Assembly: GCA_028286685.1 (NCBI GenBank)
Contig: JAQBRA010000002.1
Span: forward strand, 1,073 to 65,072
DNA length: 64,000 nucleotides
Reading direction: 5' to 3'
Origin: Candidatus Adlerbacteria bacterium
Lineage (GTDB): Bacteria > Patescibacteriota > Minisyncoccia > Phycocordibacterales > SBAW01
Below, piece after piece: positions 35,678 through 44,971 of this stretch (positions are counted from its first letter, which is position 1; each line of letters starts with the position of its first letter). The translations under genes were made by a program, and so were the position numbers. The notes under the pieces were generated by a model that was not told the origin of the DNA, ran no database searches, and was given only the letters and a program-made list of their open reading frames with translations.

Positions 35678-37438
35678 TTGCAACCCATGCGTATTACAAA
35701 AGCCGCGCTCGTCGCGACTCTATCCCTCAGTGTGCTACTGCCGACGTTCGCGTCGGCGCAGACAGCTTCGGTCTATTACCCGTTCAACAGTGCGGGCACG
35801 CTCTATCAAGCGAGCTCTGCCGAAAAAAGCCCCAGTTCCTACTTCTGGCTTAAAAGCGGCGCCAAACTCGTCATCAAAGATGGTGTGGGCAACACGATAC
35901 AAGGCGCCCTTCCCGCCGACGATCCGTGGAGAAAGACCTATGCATCGACCCTCGCCACGGCCTCCGACAATGGCGCGCACCCGCAGAACACCTTCCTCCT
36001 GCTAACCCGGGCCGCATACAAGAACACCTCCGCACAGATATATGTGCGCCGTACGGCCGACAACCTTACAAACCCGGCCAATCGACAGCCCTACAACGGC
36101 GAGTCGATCCTCGCGCGGTACCAGAGTGACGGAACCTTCTACTATGCCGGCATCCGAGCCGATGGCACGGTCGTCATCAAAAAGAAATTGAACGGCGCAT
36201 ACCAAACGCTCTCGCAGAAGAAGGTGCTCTCTGGCACGTATAACGCAAGTTCAAATCCTAACCTCATCCCTAAAAACACCTGGATAGGACTTAAGCTCAC
36301 GATTGAAGACACCAGCGCAGGCCCGCAACTTACCCTCTTTACCGATGTGAGTAAGACCGGCGCGTGGAGCAAGGCGCTCAGCGTTATCGACGACAAGGCG
36401 AAATTCGGCAGCCCTATCACGGGCGCGGGTGTCGTCGGCATCCAAACCGATTACGCGGACGCGCAGTTCGACGACTTCCTCTTCTCGGAGATAGCGGCAA
36501 CATCGACCCCAGCCCCGACGCCAGCACCCACACCTACCCCTACTCCCACCCCCACTCCGACCCCGACGCCAGCACCCACACCTACGCCGACGCCTACCCC
36601 CGCACAGGGATATGACGCTACCGTGCTCGGCGGCAAGCCAGTCATGTACCTTGCAATGAACTCGTTCAGCACGGGCAAAGAGTCGGACCTAAGCGGCCAT
36701 AACAACGCCGGCGCCTACAAAGGCGGCACGCCCACGACGGCCGCGCTCCCTAACGGGGAGACGGCAGCCAACTTCAACGGCTCGAGCCAGTACCTGACCG
36801 TGCCGTCGAACGCCTCGCTCTCGATCCCGACTACCGGCAAATTGACGTGGGAGGCGTGGATCCGGCCCGATACGTTCCAGTTTTCCAACGCCAGCAGCGA
36901 TGGCTATGTCGACTGGATGGGCAAATGCGCAAACTACTCGCCGACGTGCGAGTGGGAGGCGCGCATCTACGGCGCATCGACCGCACAAGGCCGCCCCAAC
37001 CGACTCTCAGCCTACGCGTTCAACCCATCGGCCGGTCTCGGGAGCGCGGCCGACTGGCAGCCGCAGGCGGGCCTCCTGCAGGCGGGCAAGTGGCTCCACG
37101 TGGTCGCAGAATACGACCTATCGACGACGCCATCTGGGTGCTCCTCCGCTTACCCCGGATCGATCAACATCTGGGTCAACGGCATCAAGCAGAACTTCGC
37201 CGCACATGCACCGACCGGATGCATGAGCCAGTACAAAATATCCCCCAAAGCCGGCAGTTCGCCGCTTACTATCGGGACGATGGCGCTCGACACCTGGTTT
37301 AAGGGTGCGGTCGGCAAGGTCGCCGTGTACAACCGACTGCTGACGCAGACTGAAATCAATGCGCACTTCACTGCAATGACAGGCGCCAATCCTTCCGGCT
37401 CGTGCGCATCCACCTGTACCGCCGCGCTCGTGCAGTAA
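35678..37438 (+). CDS. secreted protein with a novel N-terminal domain, (TP)n linker and C-terminal LamG/concanavalin-A-like lectin domain
   Basis: Signal peptide. An N-terminal domain of about 250 aa paralogous to 41769..42605, then TPAPTPAPTPTPTPTPTPTPTPAPTPTPTPTPA, then a LamG_3-like domain (WEAWIRPD...WLHVVAEYD...IWVNG). Confidence 0.5.
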   Translation: MQPMRITKAALVATLSLSVLLPTFASAQTASVYYPFNSAGTLYQASSAEKSPSSYFWLKSGAKLVIKDGVGNTIQGALPADDPWRKTYASTLATASDNGAHPQNTFLLLTRAAYKNTSAQIYVRRTADNLTNPANRQPYNGESILARYQSDGTFYYAGIRADGTVVIKKKLNGAYQTLSQKKVLSGTYNASSNPNLIPKNTWIGLKLTIEDTSAGPQLTLFTDVSKTGAWSKALSVIDDKAKFGSPITGAGVVGIQTDYADAQFDDFLFSEIAATSTPAPTPAPTPTPTPTPTPTPTPAPTPTPTPTPAQGYDATVLGGKPVMYLAMNSFSTGKESDLSGHNNAGAYKGGTPTTAALPNGETAANFNGSSQYLTVPSNASLSIPTTGKLTWEAWIRPDTFQFSNASSDGYVDWMGKCANYSPTCEWEARIYGASTAQGRPNRLSAYAFNPSAGLGSAADWQPQAGLLQAGKWLHVVAEYDLSTTPSGCSSAYPGSINIWVNGIKQNFAAHAPTGCMSQYKISPKAGSSPLTIGTMALDTWFKGAVGKVAVYNRLLTQTEINAHFTAMTGANPSGSCASTCTAALVQ

Positions 37439-37537
37439 GGTTACCGACCTAAAAATCGACTCATCCCCCGTTCAGCGCAGTGCAACAGGCCATGGTTCAC
37501 TATCAGTTCAGCGTACTACGGTACAGTACGCCGTGAT

Positions 37538-38923
37538 ATGGAAGCTCAATCTGCGACAGAGAGAATAGCGGGAAAGGACGACAAGAAAGGACCGAAATCC
37601 CGCATCGACAAGCCGCGGAACGGGCAGGAAGATGAGCACCCACCCCCTCGCCTACTGAACGTAGCAGTGGTCGGCGTCGGCTATGTCGGCCTACCGCTCG
37701 CGCTCCTGGCCCGCGCAAAGGGCTACCGGGTGCGGGGCATCGACATCGACGAGCGCAAGCGCGCAGCTGTGCGTGACGCAGCCGTGGCCGACCTGGACGC
37801 CTCCTTTACGGAGGCGTTGCGCGTGCAGCCCTTAGAGGTCTCAGGCCATTTCGGCCCGGTGCGCAGCGCGAACATTGTCATCGTATGCGTGCCGACCCCG
37901 GTCGACGACGAGCATAACCCGGACCTCTCCTTGATCGAGGGAGCTGCACGCCGCGTCGGGCGCAACCTGCACCAAGGCGCACTCGTCATACTGGAGTCGA
38001 CCGTGCATCCCGGCACCTGCGACGAGATCTTTATCCCCATTTTAGAGAAAGCGTCGGGCCTGCGCGCCGGAAAGGATTTCGGCGTAGCCCATTGCCCGGA
38101 ACGCATCAACCCGGGAGACAAGGTTTGGACGATAGAACGCATCCCCCGCGTCGTGGGCGCCACGACCGAAAAGGCGCTTAGCTTGGCGGCCAGCTTCTAC
38201 CGCTCGATACTCAGCGCGTCGGTCCATGAGATGGAGAGCATTAAAGAGGCCGAGGCGGTCAAGGTGGTTGAGAATTCCTTTAGGGACATTAACATTGCCT
38301 TCGTCAACGAGCTCGCGATGTCCTTCAGCAAGCTTGGCATCGACGTCAGCCACGTGCTGAGCGGCGCCGCGACGAAGCCTTTCGGCTTCCTGCTCCATCA
38401 GCCGGGGTGCGGTGTTGGAGGGCATTGCATACCGGTCGACCCGTACTACCTTATACGGTACGCCAAGCGCAACGGATTTTCGCACCGCTTCCTGTCGCTC
38501 GCACGCACGATAAACGAAGGCATGCCCGCATATACAGTCTCGCTCGTCGAGACAGGCCTGCACTCGCTCGGACGCACGTTGAGCAACTCGAGCGTGGCGC
38601 TCTTGGGCCTCTCTTATAAAGCCAACGTAAGCGACCTGCGCGAGAGCCCGTCGTTCGAGATTAAGGAACTGCTTGAGAGTAAGGGGGCACGGGTGCGCAC
38701 CTTCGACGAGCATGCGCCCGACCGATCGACGACGCACTCGCTCGCCGAGGCGCTCGACGGGGCCGATGCCGCAATAGTCGCGACCGCCCATGCGGAGTTC
38801 GCTGGACTGCCCCCCTCGGTGTTCGCCTCGCGCGGCGTGCGCGTGGTGGTCGACGGACGCAACTGCCTCCAAAAGGAGCAGTACCTGCGGGCGGGCATCC
38901 TTTACCGCGGCATAGGCCGCTAA
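37538..38923 (+). CDS. nucleotide-sugar (UDP-glucose/UDP-ManNAc-type) 6-dehydrogenase
   Basis: VAVVGVGYVGLPLA Rossmann, catalytic Cys in GFLLHQPGCGVGGHCIPVDP, and a C-terminal UDP-binding domain. Confidence 0.75.
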   Translation: MEAQSATERIAGKDDKKGPKSRIDKPRNGQEDEHPPPRLLNVAVVGVGYVGLPLALLARAKGYRVRGIDIDERKRAAVRDAAVADLDASFTEALRVQPLEVSGHFGPVRSANIVIVCVPTPVDDEHNPDLSLIEGAARRVGRNLHQGALVILESTVHPGTCDEIFIPILEKASGLRAGKDFGVAHCPERINPGDKVWTIERIPRVVGATTEKALSLAASFYRSILSASVHEMESIKEAEAVKVVENSFRDINIAFVNELAMSFSKLGIDVSHVLSGAATKPFGFLLHQPGCGVGGHCIPVDPYYLIRYAKRNGFSHRFLSLARTINEGMPAYTVSLVETGLHSLGRTLSNSSVALLGLSYKANVSDLRESPSFEIKELLESKGARVRTFDEHAPDRSTTHSLAEALDGADAAIVATAHAEFAGLPPSVFASRGVRVVVDGRNCLQKEQYLRAGILYRGIGR

Positions 38924-38927
38924 GGCA

Positions 38928-40211
38928 ATGGAACCACTACCCACGCAGCGACGGCTCGCATTCCTGCAGGACGCAGGGCCCCTGTTTATGTTCTTCCTCG
39001 TGGTTTACTTCATCATCATTCTGAAGACCGCGACTGTCTCCTCCATCGTCGACCACTGGTTCTTTGGCTTATACAGTCTGCTCATCACGACCTACATCCT
39101 CTCACGCTTCCTGCTGTCGCATTTCCATGTAGTGCCCCGCGCGGACCCCGCCTACCGCCCGACCGTCACTTTCGTGGTGCCGGCCAAGAACGAGGAGGAC
39201 AACATACGCGAGACTATGCGCAAGTTCAGCGAGGTCGACTACCCGCCCGAACTTATCGAGGTGATAGCTATCAACGACGGCTCCACCGACCGGACGCTTG
39301 AGGAGATGCGCGCAGCTGCGCTTGAGATACGTGCGCGCATCGCGCGCGTCGAGGTTATCCACTGGGGCCACAATCGCGGCAAGCGCCACGGCATGGCGGA
39401 AGGAGTACAGCGCGCGCGGCACGAAATCATCATCTTCATCGACTCCGACAGCTTCATCGAGCCCGACTGCGTCACCCACCTGGTAAAGTACTTCGCCGAC
39501 CCGGCAGTCGGCGCGGTCTCGGGGCATACCGACGTCCACAACGACCAGGCAAACTTCCTCACCCGCATGCAGGCCATACGCTACTACCTGGCGTTCCGAG
39601 TCTACAAGGCGGCGGAGTCGGTATTCGGCGCGGTAACCTGCTGCCCAGGCTGCTGCAGTGCATACAAGCGCGCCTACCTTATACCCATACTCGACGAGTG
39701 GCTTACCCAGCGCTTTTTGGGCGGCCAGTGCACCTTTGGCGACGACCGCTCGCTCACCAACTTTATCCTGCGGAAATTCGAGGCGGTCTATGCGCCCGAG
39801 GCGCGAGCGCGCACCGTCGTGCCCGAGAAGTTCGCCACGTACGTGCGCCAGCAACAGCGCTGGAAAAAGTCGTGGATACGCGAGACTTTTATCGCATGCG
39901 GATTTATGTGGCGCAAGCATCCGCTCGCGGCGATATCCTTCTATACGTACGTTTTTTTGGCGTTCGCCTCTCCTATCGTGTTTGCCCGCGCGATGATCTG
40001 GCATCCGCTTACGACCGCAAGCGTGCCGCTTGTGTACCTCGCGGGACTCTTCCTCATGCTCATGCTGCACGGGCTCTACTACCGCCTGTACATGGGCCCG
40101 CGAGCGTGGCTCACGGGGATAATGAGCTTTTGGTTTAATTCCGTGGTGCTTATGTGGCAGCTCCCTTGGGCACTCATCACGCTCAAGGACTCCCGCTGGG
40201 GCACCCGTTAA
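38928..40211 (+). CDS. processive family-2 glycosyltransferase (PgaC/HasA/NodC-like polysaccharide synthase)
   Basis: N- and C-terminal TM bundles, D-x-D and DGSTD motifs, and QQRW (Q-x-x-R-W) in VRQQQRWKKSW. Confidence 0.7.
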   Translation: MEPLPTQRRLAFLQDAGPLFMFFLVVYFIIILKTATVSSIVDHWFFGLYSLLITTYILSRFLLSHFHVVPRADPAYRPTVTFVVPAKNEEDNIRETMRKFSEVDYPPELIEVIAINDGSTDRTLEEMRAAALEIRARIARVEVIHWGHNRGKRHGMAEGVQRARHEIIIFIDSDSFIEPDCVTHLVKYFADPAVGAVSGHTDVHNDQANFLTRMQAIRYYLAFRVYKAAESVFGAVTCCPGCCSAYKRAYLIPILDEWLTQRFLGGQCTFGDDRSLTNFILRKFEAVYAPEARARTVVPEKFATYVRQQQRWKKSWIRETFIACGFMWRKHPLAAISFYTYVFLAFASPIVFARAMIWHPLTTASVPLVYLAGLFLMLMLHGLYYRLYMGPRAWLTGIMSFWFNSVVLMWQLPWALITLKDSRWGTR

Positions 40212-40216
40212 CTCCC

Positions 40217-41767
40217 ATGAGATTCGCACGATTTTCACTGCAAAGGCTCGGCCCGATAGTTTTTGCGGGAGTACTGCTCATGGTCGCGACTGTCTCGACG
40301 TTCACCTGGAAGAGCGCCCACTACGGGCAGACGCCGTTCTTCAACTGGCTGGTCCTCATGGTCGAAGAACGCACGGTAGCGGCGGCGTTCAATGGGTGGC
40401 ACTCCCTCGGCGATCTGTCAGCGCTCCTGGCGCCAAAAAAGACACAGGCGCAGCTCGCGAGAGCTGTCCCCGTGCTGGCCTATCACCGCCTGACGCTCAC
40501 CGAGGAGGCCGGCCAGCTTCCGGTGGCGCGCTTCATGGACCAGATGGAGACGCTGCACCGCGCCGGCTGGCACACCGCCACACTCGAGGAGTACCGGCAG
40601 TTCGTGCAGGGCACGCGCACGCTCCCCGAGCGCACCTTTCTCCTGACGTTCGACGACGGGGCGCAGCAGAGCTACTACCCCGTCGACCCCATACTCAAGA
40701 CGCTCGGTTACAGCGCGGTACAGTACGTCATCGTATCCGCCAGCGAAACGCCCAAAAGCATCTACTACCTATCGCCCGAGCAGATAAGCGCCATGCTCTC
40801 AACCGGGCGCTGGGAGATAGGCTCGCACTCCTTTGACGCACACCACACCTACCCCACCGACCCCGCAGGCGGGACCGGCATCTTTTATACCGACAAACTC
40901 TGGATGCCCACGCAAGGGCGCCTGGAGACCGACGCGGAGTTCCTCGCGCGCGTGCACGACGATCTCTTGCGCGCGCGCCAGGCGCTCGAAGCGCGCTACG
41001 GCGTAACAGTCGACACGTTTGCCGTCCCCTTTGGCGGAGAGACCGGACACCGCGCGGCGGACAACTACGCCGGTGGCAGCGATATAACGCTCGCGGAAGC
41101 GCGCAGGCTCTACGACTTCGTGTGGCTGCAGACCGACCGGCGCGACTTTACCTTCAATTACCCCAGCTACCCCTCTATACTCGGCAGGCGCATACACGTC
41201 GACTACGACTGGGAAGGCGAGACGCTCAAGACATTTATGGAGGGTGGAGTCCCCAAGGCGCTGCCATATAGGGATAACTTTGCCGTCGACAGCGGCTGGC
41301 GGCACTCCTGGGGCAGCGTCCAGCCCATCGGGTCGCTCGAGCTCGGTGCGGGCCCGCAGGATACCAGCGCGGGGAGCGTGCTGGACGGGAGTCTCTTGTG
41401 GAGCGCGTACCAAGCGGAGGCGACGGTCAATTGGGAACACGGGTACGCGGTGATCATGGGCGCGGTGCGCGACGCCCACACATACCGGTCGTGCTCGTTC
41501 TCTCCCGGCGAGGTCGAAATACACGACACCAGCGGCACCAGCATCATCCCGCTTGCCAAGCGCGCGGAGTCTGAGATCCAATACGGACAGGGGGTCAAGC
41601 TGGGTATCCGCGTGGAAGATGCCGCTATCTCCTGCTTGTACAACGGCCATGTCCTGCTCTCCGCGCCGACTGGCCGCAACGAGGGCGGCGTCGGCATACA
41701 GACTTGGGCGCCTGAACCAGGCACGGCGAGCCTCCTGGTGACCAATTTTCTCGCAGACCCGCTGTAA
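40217..41767 (+). CDS. two-domain polysaccharide deacetylase (PgaB-like: NodB domain plus C-terminal domain)
   Basis: N-terminal TM, then the NodB motif FLLTFDDGAQQSY...GSHSFDAHH, then a C-terminal domain of about 250 aa. Confidence 0.6.
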   Translation: MRFARFSLQRLGPIVFAGVLLMVATVSTFTWKSAHYGQTPFFNWLVLMVEERTVAAAFNGWHSLGDLSALLAPKKTQAQLARAVPVLAYHRLTLTEEAGQLPVARFMDQMETLHRAGWHTATLEEYRQFVQGTRTLPERTFLLTFDDGAQQSYYPVDPILKTLGYSAVQYVIVSASETPKSIYYLSPEQISAMLSTGRWEIGSHSFDAHHTYPTDPAGGTGIFYTDKLWMPTQGRLETDAEFLARVHDDLLRARQALEARYGVTVDTFAVPFGGETGHRAADNYAGGSDITLAEARRLYDFVWLQTDRRDFTFNYPSYPSILGRRIHVDYDWEGETLKTFMEGGVPKALPYRDNFAVDSGWRHSWGSVQPIGSLELGAGPQDTSAGSVLDGSLLWSAYQAEATVNWEHGYAVIMGAVRDAHTYRSCSFSPGEVEIHDTSGTSIIPLAKRAESEIQYGQGVKLGIRVEDAAISCLYNGHVLLSAPTGRNEGGVGIQTWAPEPGTASLLVTNFLADPL

Positions 41768-41768
41768 C

Positions 41769-42605
41769 ATGCTTATGCAGTTCTATGGCGTACTATCGGC
41801 GATGATCCTTTTAGCCGCAGTGGCGCTCCTTTTTGGCGCGGATCGAGTCGGCACGCCCGTGGCTACGGTCGCCTCGCCGTATGTCTACTTGTTCGGAGGG
41901 AACGGCGCACTGGAAGAGGCCAGGAATACGTCCAGGACCGCGAGCCCCTACTGGTGGCTAAACTCCGGCGGCAGAATCGAGATTGCCGGCTCCCTGGGCA
42001 GCACGATGCAGGGCGACGCGCCGCAAGGTGACCGATGGCGCACGGCCTACGCCGCCTCCAACCCGACCGATACCGACCAGGGTCTCCATCCGCAGAACAT
42101 CTTCCGTCTCGTGACGCGCAGCCTGTGGGGAGACGCGAGCCAGGAGGTCGAGCTGCGCCTGGTTGCCGACCAGAAGAGCCAAAGCCCTAATCGCAACGCG
42201 TCGAACGGGCTCTTTCTTATGAGCCGGTACGTGGACGGCGATACGCTTTACTACGCGGGCCTGCGCGTCGACGGCATGGCCGTGATAAAGAAAAAATACA
42301 ACGGCGCGTATTATACGCTTGCCGAGGCGCCGGCCTTCCCCGGCGCCTACGACCGCGACAAAAACCCCAATCTCCTGCCGCACGGGGAATGGCTCTCGAT
42401 ACGGTCCGAGACCGCGCATACTGACGGCGGCATCGCCATACGCCTATACCTGAAGCGGGAGTCGGACACCAATTGGCTGAAGCTCCTCGAGGCGATTGAC
42501 CGCGGCCAGAGCGGGACGCCCGCCATCAGGGGCCGCGGGCGCGGCGGCATCCGCACCGACTTTATGGACGTGCAGTTCCGCTCGTACCGGATGGAAAATT
42601 TGTGA
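41769..42605 (+). CDS. secreted protein, paralog of the novel N-terminal domain of 35678..37438
   Basis: Signal sequence. HPQNIFRLVTRS...YYAGLRVDGMAVIKKKYNGAYYTL...PNLLPHGEWLSIR...DFMDVQF aligns to the N-terminal domain of the LamG protein. Confidence 0.5.
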   Translation: MLMQFYGVLSAMILLAAVALLFGADRVGTPVATVASPYVYLFGGNGALEEARNTSRTASPYWWLNSGGRIEIAGSLGSTMQGDAPQGDRWRTAYAASNPTDTDQGLHPQNIFRLVTRSLWGDASQEVELRLVADQKSQSPNRNASNGLFLMSRYVDGDTLYYAGLRVDGMAVIKKKYNGAYYTLAEAPAFPGAYDRDKNPNLLPHGEWLSIRSETAHTDGGIAIRLYLKRESDTNWLKLLEAIDRGQSGTPAIRGRGRGGIRTDFMDVQFRSYRMENL

Positions 42606-42718
42606 CCCAAGTGGGAGAAAACTGGAACAACTTCTTTTAGAGCTAGGGGCTTGGTATGCCTTTGGGCGGGCTCTAGAGGCCGAGCGGGTCTAGTACTGAT
42701 ATTGGGGATTAGAAATGA

Positions 42719-42760
42719 AGAAGTCCCGTGAGAAGTGCGTGACTTCTCCGGGACTTTATC
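42719..42760 (-). terminator. hairpin terminator
   Basis: Nested inverted repeat gtcccg...gagaagt-gcgtg-acttctc...cgggac, downstream of the minus-strand gene. Confidence 0.45.
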
Positions 42761-42762
42761 TC

Positions 42763-43200
42763 TTACTCCTTCTTCGGGTATGTTTTGTGTATTTCAAGAT
42801 ACTTCTCTTCCGTTGACGGCAAACCAGCGCAAGTAAAAGCATCTGTGATACTTATCCGGCTCTCAAACAGAAAGCCGAGTTCTGCCATTTCAAACAAGGT
42901 TTGTAGGTCGATGCCCTTGCCGCTCCATTCCTCCGTCTTAATGTAGACAGTCACGTCTTCCTTGTGATAGTAATACTCGATTTCAGTGACTTTCGCCTCT
43001 GAGAAACGAGCAATTGAGTTGAAGGCAATTTCCTTCCCTTCAGCAGGAATAGCATTCACTGGCCAAGGAAGATAGAAAAGCGATGGGTGCGACGGGGAGT
43101 GCAGCCGCACTGCAGTCGCATACTCTTCAGGTAGATCCCAGTCATCCGCAGCAGTAGGAATTTCTACTAAGGCGACGGCTGGCGGTGCCAAGTAGTTCAT
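42763..43200 (-). CDS. hypothetical protein (low-GC islet next to a tRNA cluster)
   Basis: 145-aa ORF with no motif. GC is clearly lower than the genome backbone. Confidence 0.35.
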   Translation of the reverse strand: MNYLAPPAVALVEIPTAADDWDLPEEYATAVRLHSPSHPSLFYLPWPVNAIPAEGKEIAFNSIARFSEAKVTEIEYYYHKEDVTVYIKTEEWSGKGIDLQTLFEMAELGFLFESRISITDAFTCAGLPSTEEKYLEIHKTYPKKE

Positions 43201-43291
43201 ACGACCCTCCTCTTAGATGTTTTTCATCGACGAAAAACTATCGATGTATCCGCAGGCAAAATAACACACTATTTTATTTAAATCAACTCTG

Positions 43292-43363
43292 TGACCCCAC
43301 CGGGAATCGAACCCGGATTAACGGCTTGAAAAGCCGGCGTCCTAACCGTTAGACGATGGGGCC
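43292..43363 (-). tRNA. tRNA-Glu(TTC)
   Basis: The reverse complement reads GGCCCCATCGTCTAACGGTTAGGACGCCGGCTTTTCAAGCCG...GGTTCGATTCCCGGTGGGGTCA. Confidence 0.75.
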
Positions 43364-43393
43364 GCATGCCCGGGGCTTTAACCCTGGGCTTGG

Positions 43394-43480
43394 CGGAGGA
43401 GGTGAGATTCGAACTCACGGTGGAGTTTCCCCCACGCCACATTTCGAGTGTGGTGCCTTCGACCACTCAGCCACTCCTCC
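43394..43480 (-). tRNA. tRNA-Ser(CGA)
   Basis: The reverse complement reads GGAGGAGTGGCTGAGTGGTCGAAGGC...anticodon loop CTCGAAA...long variable arm...GTTCGAATCTCACCTCCTCCG, then CCA. Confidence 0.8.
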
Positions 43481-43551
43481 GTACCACGCAAAATAACACT
43501 TTTTTAACCTCTTTGCTATACTGGCTGCATTAGCCGCTTACCTGCATATAT

Positions 43552-43974
43552 ATGAACCGAGTAGTACATTTTGAGATACAGGCAGACGATCTGGACCGTG
43601 CGCAGAAGTTTTATGAGACAGCATTCGGCTGGACCTTCCAGCAGATGGGTCCCGAATACGGCAATTACCGAGTTATTACGACCGGCCCTGGCCCGGACGA
43701 AATGGCCGAAGGGGTCAAGATGGAAGACCTGGGCATTAACGGCGGAATGATGAAGCGCAACGCTCCGCTGCCCGCGGACGGCATGTCTCCCAACGCATTT
43801 ACCAGTGTTATGGGCGTGGGCGATATTGAGTCGATAATGCCTAAGATAGAGGCGGCAGGAGGCAAACCCCAGACCGACCTTATGGATGTGCCGAATGTCG
43901 GAAAGATCCGCTACTACAAGGATACCGAGGGCAATCTTTTTGGGATCATACAGCCGACAATGCGGGCGGCATAA
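43552..43974 (+). CDS. VOC-family (glyoxalase/bleomycin-resistance fold) protein
   Basis: VVHFEIQADDLDRAQKFYETAFGW, 140 aa. Confidence 0.6.
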   Translation: MNRVVHFEIQADDLDRAQKFYETAFGWTFQQMGPEYGNYRVITTGPGPDEMAEGVKMEDLGINGGMMKRNAPLPADGMSPNAFTSVMGVGDIESIMPKIEAAGGKPQTDLMDVPNVGKIRYYKDTEGNLFGIIQPTMRAA

Positions 43975-44015
43975 TAATTGAAAAAAGCTCCAAAATGCGC
44001 TAAGGTTTTGGAGAT

Positions 44016-44088
44016 GCGCGGTTAGCTCAGTTGGTAGAGCATCCCCTTGACGTGGGGAGGGTCGCAGGTTCAAGTCCTGCACCGCGCA
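44016..44088 (+). tRNA. tRNA-Val(GAC)
   Basis: GCGCGGTTAGCTCAGTTGGTAGAGC...anticodon loop CTTGACG...GGTTCAAGTCCTGCACCGCGCA. Confidence 0.8.
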
Positions 44089-44091
44089 CAA

Positions 44092-44934
44092 ATGAAAGAC
44101 ATAGTCGTTTTATATCATCGCAACTGCCCGGACGGGTTTACGAGCGCCTATTGCGCTTGGAAAAAGTTTGGCGACCAGGCTGACTATATTGCCATGTCTC
44201 ATGGCCAAGAGCCGCCCCAAGGGCTTGAAGGCAAGGAAGTGTACTGCATCGACTACAGCTTTAAGAAAGACATCCTTCTTGATCTGGAGAAAAAGGTTAA
44301 GCGCCTGATAGTGCTCGATCACCACATGGGCGCCCGCGAGGCCGTCGAGGCCGTGCACGAGCACGTGTTTGATAACGACCGCTCCGGTGCCGGCATTGCA
44401 TGGCGATACTTCCATCCGGACGCGAGCGTGCCCCGGCTTGTCGACTACGTCGAGGATAACGATATAAATAAAAACAGCCTGACAAACATACGGGAAATAA
44501 CCACATTTATAAGCATCCAACCTTTCGACTTTAGCCACTTCGACAAGCTTGCGCAGAACATAGAGACCGAAGACGGCTTTAAAAATATTGTCGCGCAAGG
44601 CGGCGCCTATCTCGCCTACCTCGCAAGCCTGTGCGACTACTTGGCAACCAAGGCAGAGGAGGTAGAAATTGACGGACATCGCGTATTTGCCGTAAACGTC
44701 CAGGGCTCGCAGCTGGTGCGCGATGAGATCGGCCACAGGCTCTCGGCGCAAAAAGGCAGGCCGTTCGCCATCATCTGGTGCGAGGACTCGAAAGGCCGGG
44801 GCTTTTCCCTGCGCGGCGACGGCAGCGTAGACCTGTCCCTGCTGGCGCAAAAATACGGCGGCAACGGCCACAAAGGCGCCGCAAGCTTCAGGCTGCCGCA
44901 CGGCAACTCCCTCCCTTTTACGTACCTTGAATAA
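44092..44934 (+). CDS. DHH-family phosphoesterase (NrnA-like)
   Basis: DHH motif LIVLDHH and a DHHA1-like C-terminal part with GGNGHKGAA. The ORF-track start at 44047 lies inside tRNA-Val, so the Met at 44092 was used. Confidence 0.65.
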   Translation: MKDIVVLYHRNCPDGFTSAYCAWKKFGDQADYIAMSHGQEPPQGLEGKEVYCIDYSFKKDILLDLEKKVKRLIVLDHHMGAREAVEAVHEHVFDNDRSGAGIAWRYFHPDASVPRLVDYVEDNDINKNSLTNIREITTFISIQPFDFSHFDKLAQNIETEDGFKNIVAQGGAYLAYLASLCDYLATKAEEVEIDGHRVFAVNVQGSQLVRDEIGHRLSAQKGRPFAIIWCEDSKGRGFSLRGDGSVDLSLLAQKYGGNGHKGAASFRLPHGNSLPFTYLE

Positions 44935-44971
44935 AGAAAGAGCGCCGACCCGAAGGTCGGCGCATTTTTTG

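Noticed and set aside
36451-36705. Minus-strand ORF encoding poly-(GV) repeats
   Set aside because: It is the reverse complement of the (TP)n linker codons of the secreted lectin gene.
43516-44091. ORF 43516..44091 (-), 191 aa
   Set aside because: It overlaps the VOC-family gene on the opposite strand and runs into tRNA-Val. It has no motif support.
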